64,000 nt of DNA, taken from contig NC_069002.1 in the NCBI RefSeq assembly GCF_001194135.2, positions 15,300,978-15,364,977 on the forward strand, written 5' to 3'. This DNA is from Octopus bimaculoides (taxonomy: Eukaryota). The notes under the pieces are model-generated. The model was not told where the DNA came from, searched no databases, and was given only the letters and a program-made list of their open reading frames with translations. The position numbers were made by a program, and so were the translations under genes. This document shows positions 27,201 to 40,571 of the stretch, in pieces (position 1 is the first letter of the stretch; each line of letters begins with the position of its first letter).

Positions 27201-30200
27201 GGATAGAGTATCAAGCTTACAATCACAAGGTAGAGAGTTTGATTCCTGGACCAGACTGTGTGTTGTGTTCTTGAGCAAAACATTTTATTTCACGTTGATC
27301 CAATTCATTCAGCTATAGAAACGAGATGTGATGTCACTGGTGCCAAGTTGTATCAGCCTTTGCCTTTCCCTTGGATAACATCAGTGACAGGGAGAGGGAA
27401 GGCTGGTATGCATGGACAGTTGTTGGTCTTCCATAAACAACCTTGTCTGACTTGTGCCTCAGAGGGGAACTTTCTAGGTGCAACCCCATGGTCATACATA
27501 ACCAAAGGGGGTCTTTACCCTTTTTTTATCCTAGTTAGATATTGAATTGGGAAGAATATTTCAGTTTATTTGAACCTGAAGTCCTTTTCTAGCCAAAATT
27601 ATAAAAATTAGATGAATTAATTGGTATACCTGAATGTTGGTGATACAGCTTTCTATTTCTCTGGAAATATTTATCCCAATAGTGGTGGTACAAGGAGCAA
27701 ATGATGTTTTATCCTTCAAATATGTTTGGCAGAACTTTTTTGCATCAGTTTCACTAAATTCATCGTCAGACCAAGGTGGTAAGCTCTAAAATTTATAAAA
27801 TTGAAACACAATTATGACTTTGTTGCTACACATTACACATTGAAATAAATAAATGGATTAGTAAATCAAATAATAGATTTATTGCTAATCACTTATAAAA
27901 GTATCTGATGTGTAAATTTTTTATTCTGTGTAACACAGGAGTAGGAGATCAGATCACAAATAACTGAGTGAGTGGCAATAGGAGAAATTAGGAGAGATGA
28001 CACTGTCTCCAGCACTCACTCATTCTCCCTCGCTCTATCAACTTTTTGTGACACTGATACGGACATACATGCATACATACATAAATGCATGCATACACAC
28101 ACACACACACACATATATATATACATGCACATACATACATGCATACGTGCATATATACATGCATGCATACATGCCTGCATGCATACAAACATACATACAT
28201 ACAAACATACATGCATGCATACATACATGCATGCATACATACATGCATGCATGCATATATGCATATATGCATACATACATACATACATACATACTTACAT
28301 ACATACAAACATTCATATACAAGCAAATTAACACCAAATATACAGTGCGTGTGTTTTTATTGGCTAAACTGGCAATATNNNNNNNNNNNNNNNNNNNNNN
28401 NNNNNNNNNNNNNNNNNNNNNNACATACATAAATGCATGCATACACACACACACACACACATATATATATACATGCACATACATACATGCATACGTGCAT
28501 ATATACATGCATGCATACATGCCTGCATGCATACAAACATACATACATACAAACATACATGCATGCATACATACATGCATGCATACATACATGCATGCAT
28601 GCATATATGCATATATGCATACATACATACATACATACATACTTACATACATACAAACATTCATATACAAGCAAATTAACACCAAATATACAGTGCGTGT
28701 GTTTTTATTGGCTAAACTGGCAATATGACCATCCCCAAATACAACAACATTCATATATTTCTTATTTCTTTATTGCCCACAAGGGGCTAAACATAGAGGG
28801 GACAAACAAAGGGATTAAGTCGATTACATCGACCCCAGTGTGTAACTGGTACTTAATTTATCGACCCTGAAAGGATGAAAGGCAAAGTTGACCTCGGCGG
28901 AATTTGAACTCAGAACGTAGCAATGGGAAAAATACCGCTAAGCATTTCCCCCAGCGTGCTGACATTTCTCCCAGCTCGCTGCCTTTCATATATTTCTACC
29001 CCAAACACACCTAAATAAATTAACAAATGCTATCTGGTCAAGTTTGCAAATGACAGCTGGAATACTCAGCCATTTACACTTTAATTAAGCAGCAGAGAAT
29101 TCAGTTGCTCAAACACCTGAATCTTCATCACTGATTAACAGAGATCCACTCCTGTGTGGAGAAATAAAACAGGAGATATTTATTTACATGATTTCCAAAG
29201 CACGTTGAGTTTAAAATATCTTCCTCTTTTCAGATATGGTCTCATTGTGAGTCCCCTTTCATAAGTGTCATTAACTAGGGTCCTCGGTCAAGCCAAGTCT
29301 TCTGAGCAAAATATGGGAGATGGAAATGGTATGGAATCCTGAGCTGCTGGGGTGTGGGGATATTTCTTATTGAATGGTAAACTTCTTTATCACCTGGTTT
29401 AACACCCTTAACTGACCCTTAAGTCATTTTGGCAGGAGTCCACTATCTATGCTGCAAACAATCAGATCAAGTTCCTGGTGTGAAAAGAACTACATCCCTT
29501 CTGTACCTGCTATAACAGAGACCCTGAAAGAAAAGACCAAGCACCTCATCCGTTCTATATTAATTAAGCTATTTGCTCATACAACAACCAAAATAAGCAA
29601 AACAATCAAAGAAAGCTCTCTTTTTATACTTACAGATGATACAAAGTCTGGATTATAATCAAATTCATCAACGGATTCCACACCTGAATAACAGTTGTAG
29701 GGAACAAGTTTTGGGGATTCCATTTTACTGGTGATATCTCTTCCTGTAATGAAGTAAAAGATAAAGTGTTTTGATTATTTCTAATGCATGTCTTTTGATG
29801 TTTATTCTATTGCTAAATACATACTTGTTTACACACACACAACATTTGCGGTTTCCATTTAGTCTCCAATATTTTAAATTCGGGTTTGTCCCTGTTAACA
29901 GGGGTAGCTGGATCTACCTTACTCTTACAGCAACTGCTCTCGCACACCATCTCACCATCTTGCCCGGTTTTGGGCATCCTCCCTCCACAAGCCAACCCTC
30001 CCAATTTCCTTTTCCACCTGTCCCCTCCATGTTTTCTTTGGCTGACCTTGCTTTCATGGTTCAATCCCTCTAAACTTAAGCACTCTCCTCAGAACATGAT
30101 CCTCATCCCTCATCAACACAATTCCATACCACCACACTCCACTCGCCCTTGCCAGCTGTTCCACCAATTCCTCCAGCCCCAGCATCTTCATAAAATCCTC

Positions 30201-31957
30201 AGCCCTCCTTTTATCCAAAAGCTTTACACCACACATTTCTCTCACCATTGCTCTCTCAGACTTTTTCAAAATTGTCATTTCACTTTCCCTCAAATGCCAT
30301 CTCCCACTCCCATACAGCATTGCTGCTCTCATACAACTCCTATAGACCCTTCCTTTCATCTTCAAGGAGAACCTTTTCCCATATAACAACACTCCACATT
30401 CCCTGAACTTCACCCGGCCAAGTCTTGCTCTTGCTGTCACAGCTGCTTCACATCCACCACTTACATCCACCCTGTCTCCCAAATAATAAAACCCTCTCAC
30501 TGTTTCCACCTCATCACATAAGCTTTCCACTGGTTCCATCAGCCCTCCAGCTCCTTTCTCACTTCTTCCACAAATAAAATCTCATGCCAGTCTTGGGGTC
30601 ACCTTCTTCATTTTCTTACATCTACCATGAATCCATTATCCACATTTCATACACAACACTACATTTGCCATTACCCTCCTCCCACACACACCACATGGAT
30701 CTTCCTTACTCATTAACATTTCTCCTTCCACCCCACTTACCATCACCTTTGTCTTCCCAAGGTCTACCTTCAAACCCTTGCTTTCAAACGCCTTCTTCCA
30801 TTTCCAAAACTTCTCCCTCAATCCCTCCATTGTCTCATTTATCAGAACAAGGTCACCTGCACACAGTATCTCCATCATCAATCCTTCTTTTGCACTCTCC
30901 ATCACTGTTGCAAACAATGATAGTGGCAACACAGATCCCTGATGCACACCAACTTACACCACAAACTCCTCCGACAGCTCTGATCCAACTCTAACTCTTG
31001 TCTTTACCCCTTCGTACAAACTCATCACTGCCCTCACTATTATGTCTAGCACACCTCTCTTCCTCAATACCCAATCACCTTCCTTGGCACCCTATCAAAT
31101 GAGATCAACAAAGCACATGTACAACTCCTTCTCCTTATCTTGGTATTCCTCTCGCAATCTCTTCACAATGAACACTGCATCTATTGTCCCCTTTCCTGGC
31201 ATAAAACCAAATTGCATCTTGTCCACATCTACCGTTTTCTGAATTCTTCTCTCCAACACCCTTTCCACAATCTTCATTGCATGCTCCAATAACTTCACTC
31301 CCCTATACACCCTCGCATGGAACTGTATTAAACTGTTTAAATAATATGTGTAACTCCTTCTAAATGTCTTAAGTGCCCTTTTCTTTCGTTTGTTCATTCA
31401 CTCATATATATATATATATATANNNNNNNNNNNNNNNNNNNNNNNNNNNNNNNNNNNNNNNNNNNNNNNNNNNNNNNNNNNNNNNNNNNNNNNNNNNNNN
31501 NNNNNNNNNNNNNNNNNNNNNNNNNNNNNNNNNNNNNNNNNNNNNNNNNNNNNNNNNNNNNNNNNNNNNNNNNNNNNNNNNNNNNNNNNNNNNNNNNNNN
31601 NNNNNNNNNNNNNNNNNNNNNNNNNNNNNNNNNNNNNNNNNNNNNNNNNNNNNNNNNNNNNNNNNNNNNNNNNNNNNNNNNNNNNNNNNNNNNNNNNNNN
31701 NNNNNNAGTGGGTGTTTTTACGTGCCACCGGCACGAGGTCCAGTCACACGGTACTGGCAACAGCCATGCTCAAAATGGTGTTTTTTACATGCTACCTGCA
31801 TGGGAGCCAGTCTAGCGGCACTGGCAACGACCTCACTCGAATGATTTTCTAACGTACCACCAGCACAAGTGCTAGAAGGCAATGCCGGTAACGATTACGC
31901 TCAAATGATGCTATTTACGGGCCATACATATATGCATATAGATGCATATACACACAC

Positions 31958-32009
<52 letters not shown>

Positions 32010-32887
32010 ATGTATTTCAGATAAGAAAGTAAATTTCAAGCACAGTAAAGCTGTTCGGACAGCAGAGAAAGGTTGGGTGTTTATCCTTGTAAGATGGAAA
32101 AAATTTGCAAGCAAGTAGCTACAGGACTCAAATCCATACCCTTTAGATACTGGTTGTGTACTTTACCAGCCCCAACTATTAATAATTTCCCAATCTATTA
32201 AACAGCAAATAGTCCAGACATGTTTTGTGCACAGAATTGGAATCGCTTGATGCTATATGAACGTGTCCTTTGTTTACAAACACTTCACAACATGACAAGG
32301 TATGGGAAGAAGTCCAGACATACTTTCATGCAGGATGCAAGCAAACTTTACTGTCAAGCTAATTGCATGTAATTATTCATGTATTTAATTAGAAGTGCGG
32401 TTATGAAACATTTAGATAAAGAACATTACCAGTTGTTTTGCAAGACTGAAACTGACTCGGTTTTGAAACACACATATGTGCATCAGTGCAGCTAGTACAG
32501 TATTTTGTTGATGAATTCCTGGAGTCAACTGCTTGGCAGACACCACTGTAGAGACTTTCGCTTTTCTTTACTCTGAAAATTAATACAAAACAGTAAATAA
32601 ATAAAGAAATTCCACTCATATCTTTTTTTTTTTAAATACCAAACAGGAAAATACAAGACAGGAAAATACATTCTTTTATTCTTTTACTCGTTTCAGTCAG
32701 TTGACTGCGGTCATGCTGGGGCACTGCCTTGAAAGGTTTTTGCAACCTCAGGACTTATTTCTTAAGCCTACTACTTATTCTGTCAATCACTTTTGCTGAA
32801 CCACTAAGTTACAGAGATGTACACACCAACATAGGTTGTCAGACGGTGATGGTGGGACAAATGCAGACACAAAGACAAACACAAATC

Positions 32888-32955
<68 letters not shown>

Positions 32956-34848
32956 GGGCTTCTTTCAGTTTCCATCTACTAAATCAACTCACAAAGCTTT
33001 GGTCATTCCAAGGCTATAGTAGAAGACACTTGCCCAAGGTGCCATGCAGTGAGATGGAACCTGGAGCTATGAGGTTGGGAAACAAGCTTCTTACCACGCC
33101 GTCATGCCTGTGCCCTTTATACATTTATGAAGTCATTATGATGTAACTGTGAAAATTTTATTATATTGCAGAGCAGCAATATTTGGGGTTTAGGGATATT
33201 TTTGCAATGACTTAGTGCTATTGATTCTTCAGAGACCCCATTCAGTACTGGGATATTTTGGGATTGAGAAAATTCTTGTTTTTATTCTACATTATTGATT
33301 TTTAGCTGTTGAGGGTGATCTACCCCAGAAACTAAATAGAGAAATGATTGTAATTACCATATATTTTGAGATATATTAACTATTTTAATGTAAACAATCT
33401 TTTCTTTCATTGAAGATAATTATATTCCAGTGCATATTTACTAAGCAATGTAAAGGGAGATAAACATGTTTTAATGGAGATAAATCATCAACATCATCAT
33501 CATCATCATCATCATCATCGTCATCATCGTCGTTTAACGTCCGCTTTCCACGCTAGCATGGGTTGGACGATTTGACTGAGGACTGGTGAAACCGGATGGC
33601 AACACCAGGCTCCAATCTGATTTGGCAGAGTTTCTACAGCTGGATGCCCTTCCTAACGCCAACCACTCAATTATTTCATTTCATTATATTTTAATATTTG
33701 TCTGCTGCCCAATGAGTCTCTCTCTCTCTCTTTCTCACTTTCTCTGTATCTCTCGATTTCTATCTCTATCCATCTCTTTTTCTCTTTCCCTTTCTATTAT
33801 TTTCATTGATCAGACAATCTGCTTGTGCATTGTGACTTATCTTCTCCCATGTGATGTCCTGGTTATCATTGACAACAGACAAACATTATGTATGTATGTA
33901 TGTATGTATGTATGTATGTATGTATGCATGTATGTATGTGAGTATGAATGCATGGGTGTGTGAGTGCATGCATGTATGTATGTATGTATGTAACTTATTG
34001 TAAGTTGTAACTTTCCAGTATATCCTGTCAAGAAACTTTGATTTTGATAGTTTAAAGCCATTTGGTCTGTCTTTGATGATTTCAAAGAATGTTATCAAGT
34101 TCTCATTTCTTACTTAGGCTTTCAAACAAGTCAAAATACATAATTTGTCTTACCTCCAGCTTTGAGAAAACTTGGTAGGAAAACTTGTATTTGTTTGTGT
34201 GTGACTCCCATCTGAGTGCATCAGGTCATTCTCTTGTTTATCGTCATATACACCACACAGACCTGTATTTAAAAAGAAACCAAAATAGAGGATATGAACA
34301 TAGGTGCATACGCATAACATTATATGTGCATACATACATATGTATGTATACACATACATACATGCATGCATATATACATGCATACAATCATCATCATCGT
34401 CATCATTTGACTTCTGCTCTCCATGCTGGCTAAGGTTGGATAATTTGGCAAGGCCGGAGTCAGACGATTGCATCTTGCTCCAATATCTGAATTGGTTTCT
34501 AGTGCTGGAGGCACTACCAAATGTCAATTGCCATGCAGAATGCACAGGGTGCCTTATTAAATGATAATTGTCCTAGATCAGGGGTTTTCAAACTTTTTGA
34601 CTTGCGGACCCCTTTATATTTCAGGCTTTACCTTAGGGACCCCTTATAAACACTTATGAAATTTATACATAAATATTTGCTTAAAATAACATATATTTTT
34701 TACATTTATTTATTTAACAGTATTTAACAAATAGGTTTATTGTCAATTAAAAGATTTCGGTTAAAAACCATATATAAAATCAAATTGCCCATAAAAAGTA
34801 TTTGCTGTCCAGGGGCAATCAATAAAGTACTTGTTCTGGGAATGATTC

Positions 34849-34947
<99 letters not shown>

Positions 34948-37900
34948 GCTCTGTCTCTCTCTCTCTAGCTCTGTCTCTCTCCCCCTAGTTCTCTCTCTCT
35001 CTCTCTCTAGCTCTCTCTCTCTCTATATATATGCCTCTTACCATCTCCCCTCGTCAAATTAGAGTTAATGAATACTTCAACAATAATCTCATTCCCTTCT
35101 TTCAGATGAATAAATAAAAATCTGATAAAAGAAAAAAAAATGCTGGAAAGACAGTTAATTTAGTGTGAACATATAGTTATATATTGTAACCAGCACATAA
35201 CTATATATTCTTGTTGTGGAAGGCACCACTGAGATACATCACTATTGTTAGAAACTGCATTATTTTCAAATCCAAATCTACATATTTTGTGACTCAGTCT
35301 ATGACCAGGTAGCTTTGTTTTGACTATACTTTCAAAGTTGTCAACTATCAAACACCAGACTAAATCTCCATCTTAGTTCATCCTTTATGGTTTGGTCAAC
35401 TTAAGTATTCTGAGTTCTCTCCCTTACTCCTATTAAAAGTAATTTTCGTTAACAATAATAAATTTTCTTCACTGTCTGGTTTCAATTGATTAAAAAATTT
35501 TATTGCTCTCCCCATTAAGTATTTTAGCCTGAACATGGTGTTGTTATGTGGAGGCGCAATGGCCCAGTGGTTAGGGCAGCGGACTCGCGGTAATAGGATC
35601 GCGGTTTTGATTCTTAGACCAGGCGTTGTGAGTGTTTATTGAGCGAAAACACCTAAAACTCCACAAGGCTCCGGCAGGGGATGGAGGTGAACCCTGCTGT
35701 AATCTTTCACTACAACTTTCTCTCACTCTTACTTCCTGTTTCTGTTGTGCCTGTAATTCAAAGGGTCAGCCTTGTCACACACTGTGTCAAGCCGAATATC
35801 CCCGAGAACTACGTTAAGGGTACACGTGTCTGTGGAGTGCTCAGCCACTTGCACGTTAATTTCATAAGCAGGCTGTTCTGTTGATCAGATCAACTAGAAC
35901 CCTCGACGTCGTAAGCGACGGAATTCCAACAACGGTGTTGTTAAATTTAATGTAAATTAAAATCAGCATTAAAAAGTCAAAAAATTATTTTGCAGAGGAG
36001 GAAAAAACAATACTAGTCAATGATTGATATTACCTGAATTAATTAGTAGGTATGGGACACAACTCTGGATATATTTCAATCTTTTTATGGTCTCATCAGC
36101 CTGATACAGACTTCATTTCCTTAATGTATTGATGTAATGACAGAAAAGACGTACCAGACTGTACAGTGGTTTGTGAAGAAAAGTATAACAGTTTGAAGAA
36201 AAAACTTTACAAAGATGTTATCCTCATCATCATCATTGTTTCACATCTGTCTTCCATGCTGGCATGGGTTGGACAGTTTCACAGTAGCTAGCCAGGCAGG
36301 AGCCTGCACCAAACTTCTGTGTTTGTTTTGCAGGGTATTTACAGCTGGATGTCCTTCCTAATACCAACCACCAAGCAGAGTAGGTTGAGTGCTTTTCATG
36401 CGGCACCAGCACAGACACGGTCGATTTTGTCATGGTTTTTACAGCTGGATGCTCTTCCAAACGCCAACCACTTTACGGTGTTGACTGGATGCTTTTTACA
36501 TAGCATCAGCACTGGCAGGGTCACCAAGTAACTTGCAAGACAAAGAATCCTTTGGGAGAGGAGAGGGGACATTGGAGGAGGTGATCTTGTGTCAGATGAT
36601 GAAAGGTTATAGGGAGACAGAGAGACAGAAATAGGTGTCTTGCTGTGAGGCTAACTAGAAATAATGGCATGGTAAGGAAAAACAAGGAAAAATTTTTGTC
36701 TCTGACCTTCTGTGTTATTAAAGTCATGAAATGATGAATAAACCCAGACATTGGCAAAGTTAGCATAGCTGTCACTGATGAATATTTCAGTTCCATGTGG
36801 TAAGATGACCTGAAGGAAATAACAATACAAAAAAAAAAAAAAGAAGAAAAGAAAGGATCAGTTATCAATATGTGTGGGATATATATATAAAAAGTGGAGG
36901 CGCAATGGCCCAGGAGTTAGGGCAGCGGACTCGCGGTCATAGGATCGCAGTTTCGATTCCCAGACCGGGCATTGTGAGTGTTTATTTAGTGAAAACACCT
37001 AAAGCTCCACGAGGCTCCGGCAGGGCAGGGCATGGTGGCGAACCCTGCTGTACTCTTTCACCACAACTTTCTCTCACTCTTACTTCCTGTTTCTGTTGTG
37101 CATGTAATTCAAAGGGTCAGCCTTGTCACACTGTGTCACGCTGAATATCCCTGAGAACTACATTAAGGGTACACGTGTCTGTGGAGTGCTCAACCACTTG
37201 CACGTTAATTTCATGAGCAGGCTGTTCCGTTGATCTGATCAACTGGAACCCTCGATGTCATAAGCGACGGAGTACCAACAACAACAACAATATGTAAATA
37301 TCTATATTTGGATCTCTTGATAATTATGTTCCTATTGTGTTTCCATAAATACAAGGGGTGCTGAAAAGTTCCTGGCTTTAAGGATGTAGCAAATGGCCTG
37401 GCTGGAGGCCCAACCTTCCAAATTTTTTTACAGGGCTTAGAAAAACTGAAGGACCACTGCAATAATCCGTGAGCGGGGGTGGAATAAGTTGAATAAAATC
37501 ATAATTAACTGATTTTTCTGTATTTTCTTTTACCCAAAGCCAGGAACTTTTCAGCACCCCCTCATACACACACACACACCATATACATACATACATACAT
37601 ACATACATACACACATACATACACACATACACACAAAAAAATTTTTTTCTATATTTGTGAATTAAAGTGACCATTGGATTCATGTTAGAAACAGTAGGAA
37701 AATATCCAAGCATCTTAACAAGTTTTCAAGCCAATCACATGGAGAAAGGTGTTCACCTCCATTTTTGGAAAGATTGTTTTCCAAAATAGAGGTGAACGCC
37801 TTTCTCCATGTGTTAAGATACTTGAATATTTTCCTACTGTTTCTAACATGAAACCAATGGTAGCCTTGATTCACAAATAAAGATATTATTTATCCACCAA

Positions 37901-40299
37901 TGTGGTGTTGAGCACTCATTTCATCGCATGTGAAGACATGGCTCAGTGGTTAAGATGTTGTGCTCACAATTGCGAGATCATGGGTTTGATTCCCAGACCA
38001 GGTGTTGTGTTGCATTCTTGAGCAAAGCACTTCATTCCACGTTGCTCTGCGATCATTTTGACATCTGACATGTGGCACTCATTGCACCTGTACAGGTAAT
38101 GTCGATCTGATGGAAAGAGTGAGCTTATATCTACACAAACATTTGATCACTATAAACAAATCATCTGTGTAGTTGTTCGGTAAGAAATCGTCAAAGCCTC
38201 ATACATCGTCTAATGCAAGATCTTGGTTCCTCCTATACCATAAATATTGGAAAACAGGGCAATGGTTCTGGTAAAAATATGACACCAGGTGGAAGGCAGA
38301 AGATCAAAATCTGTAGAGCAAATATCCCAGGGTGTCTGAATCAGATGACACATCTCAATGCCAACAGACGTGCACAAATAGAGCATAAGGGAGGATTAGC
38401 TGTGTAGGCTTTGTGGAGAGAGAAGCACTATGACAAACATCTAATCTGGATGTAAAGCAAAGCACATCGTTCAGCGGTTAGGGCATTGGTATCACAATTA
38501 TGAGGTAGTGAGTTTGATTCCTTGACTGGGCTGTATGTTATGTTCTTGAGCAAGACACTTTATTTCACATTGCTCCAGTTCACTCAGTTGTAAAAATGAG
38601 TTGTGATGTCACTGGCATCAATCTGTATCAGCCATTGCCTTTCCTTTGAGTAACATTGATGGCATGGACAGTGGAGGTTGGTACACATGGGTGACTGCTG
38701 GTCTTCCATAAACAACCTTGTCCAGACTTGTGCCTTGGAGGGGAACCTTCTAGGGGGAAATCCCATGGTCATTCATGACCAAAGGGGGTTTTTACTCTAC
38801 CCAACAGAGATAAGGTGCTCAAAACACTCACTCACAGCCTTGAACAACAGAGATATGAGAAACACCAACAGGAGTGGCTGTGTGGTAAGTAGCTTGCTTA
38901 CCAACCACATGGTTCTGGGTTCATTCCCACTGCGTGGCACCTTGGGCAAGTGTCTTCTACTATATCCTCAGACCGACCAAAGCCTTTTGAGTGGATTTGG
39001 TAGACGGAAACTGAAAGAAGCCCGTCGTATATATGTATATATATATATATATGTATGTGTGTGTCTGTGTTTGTACCCCCAACATCGCTTGACAACCGAT
39101 GGTGGTGTGTTTATGTCCCCGTAACTTAGCGGTTCGGCAAAAGAGACTGATAGAATGAGTACTAGGCATCCAAAGAATAAGTCCTGGGGTCGATTTGCTC
39201 GACTAAAAGGCGGTGCTCCAGCATGGCCACAGTCAGTTGACTGAAACAAGTAAAAGAGGAAAAGAGTAAAAGAGTTGAAAAAGACAATATTGTCAATCAA
39301 GTTTGTGAGGGAAGCAGATAAGTCATTGACCATAGCAAGAAGGACAAGGGGTCCAATAAAGGGATATAAAAGTGGACTGAGAAGAAAGGCTGCAGTTTTC
39401 CCTTGGAACATTCAACAAACCATGAAATTAGAAGTAATTTAGTGGTCTCAGAGGTCAAAGTACAGAGTTCCCTGGGAAGATGGGTACAAACAAGCTTTTA
39501 GAAAGAACAGAACCAAGTACTCTTTACTCTCTTTTTACTCTTTTACTTGTTTCAGTCATTTGACTGCGGCCATACTGGAGCACCGCCTTTAGTCGAGCAA
39601 ATCGACCCCAGGACTTATTCTTTGGAAGCCTAGTACTTATTCTATCGGTCTCTTTTGCCGAACCGCTAAGTTACGTGGACGTAAACACATCAGCATCAGT
39701 TGTCAAACGATGCTGGGGGGACAAACACAGACACACAAACATATACACACACATACACATATACATATATATCCCTGAACTTTTTGCAAAATTTCAGGGA
39801 TAGCAGACATGGTTGGACAGGGAGTCTTTGACAGCCAAGACAGGCTGTAGTAGACACACCCCAATACATATTAGATATCATTTTATGACATCAACACATA
39901 CACACACACATCACCAATGAGATTAATAATTACTTACATAAAAGATGTAATATTAATCAAAATAACACATATGAATTAATTAAGTAATGAACATTACCTT
40001 ATATTGACCATTTTTATATTTTTCAATTCTAAATTGTGGTTCCAGCTTTCCAATTTGGTATAATTTCACATTCAAATGTTGTTCTACAGAATTTTCCTTT
40101 TTCTGACACTTGTCGATGAGAAGGACATCATCCCCTGCCTTAATAGCAGCACCACAGCTGCAAGTAACATTGTCGGTACAGTTCTGGTAGAAGACATTCA
40201 CCTAGGGGAAAATATTAAACATTCACCATTGTCAATATTTTAGATATTTACAAAAATGCATACTGACAGAGATTTACTTAACATACACACACATATACA

Positions 40300-40337
<38 letters not shown>

Positions 40338-40526
40338 NNNNNNNNNNNNNNNNNNNNNNNNNNNNNNNNNNNNNNNNNNNNNNNNNNNNNNNNNNNNNNN
40401 NNNNNNNNNNNNNNNNNNNNNNNNNNNNNNNNNNNNNNNNNNNNNNNNNNNNNNNNNNNNNNNNNNNNNNNNNNNNNNNNNNNNNNNNNNNNNNNNNNNN
40501 NNNNNNNNNNNNNNNNNNNNNNNNNN

Positions 40527-40571
<45 letters not shown>

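Noticed and set aside
28075-28726. 304-bp direct duplication at 348-bp period, giving long His/Thr/Tyr or Met/Cys/Val ORFs up to 243 aa
   Set aside because: The copies look identical and flank a 44-N gap, typical of unmerged contig ends. The ORFs are translations of (CATA)n.
35042-35121. Candidate exon [26 protein letters not shown] with a gtaaga donor
   Set aside because: Needs a phase-2 entry that no upstream exon provides; the VWD exon at 36707-36809 fits instead.
35547-35625. tRNA-like sequences at the heads of families A, B, D and E
   Set aside because: They have A/B-box-like motifs but run into SINE bodies and tails; they are not standalone tRNA genes.
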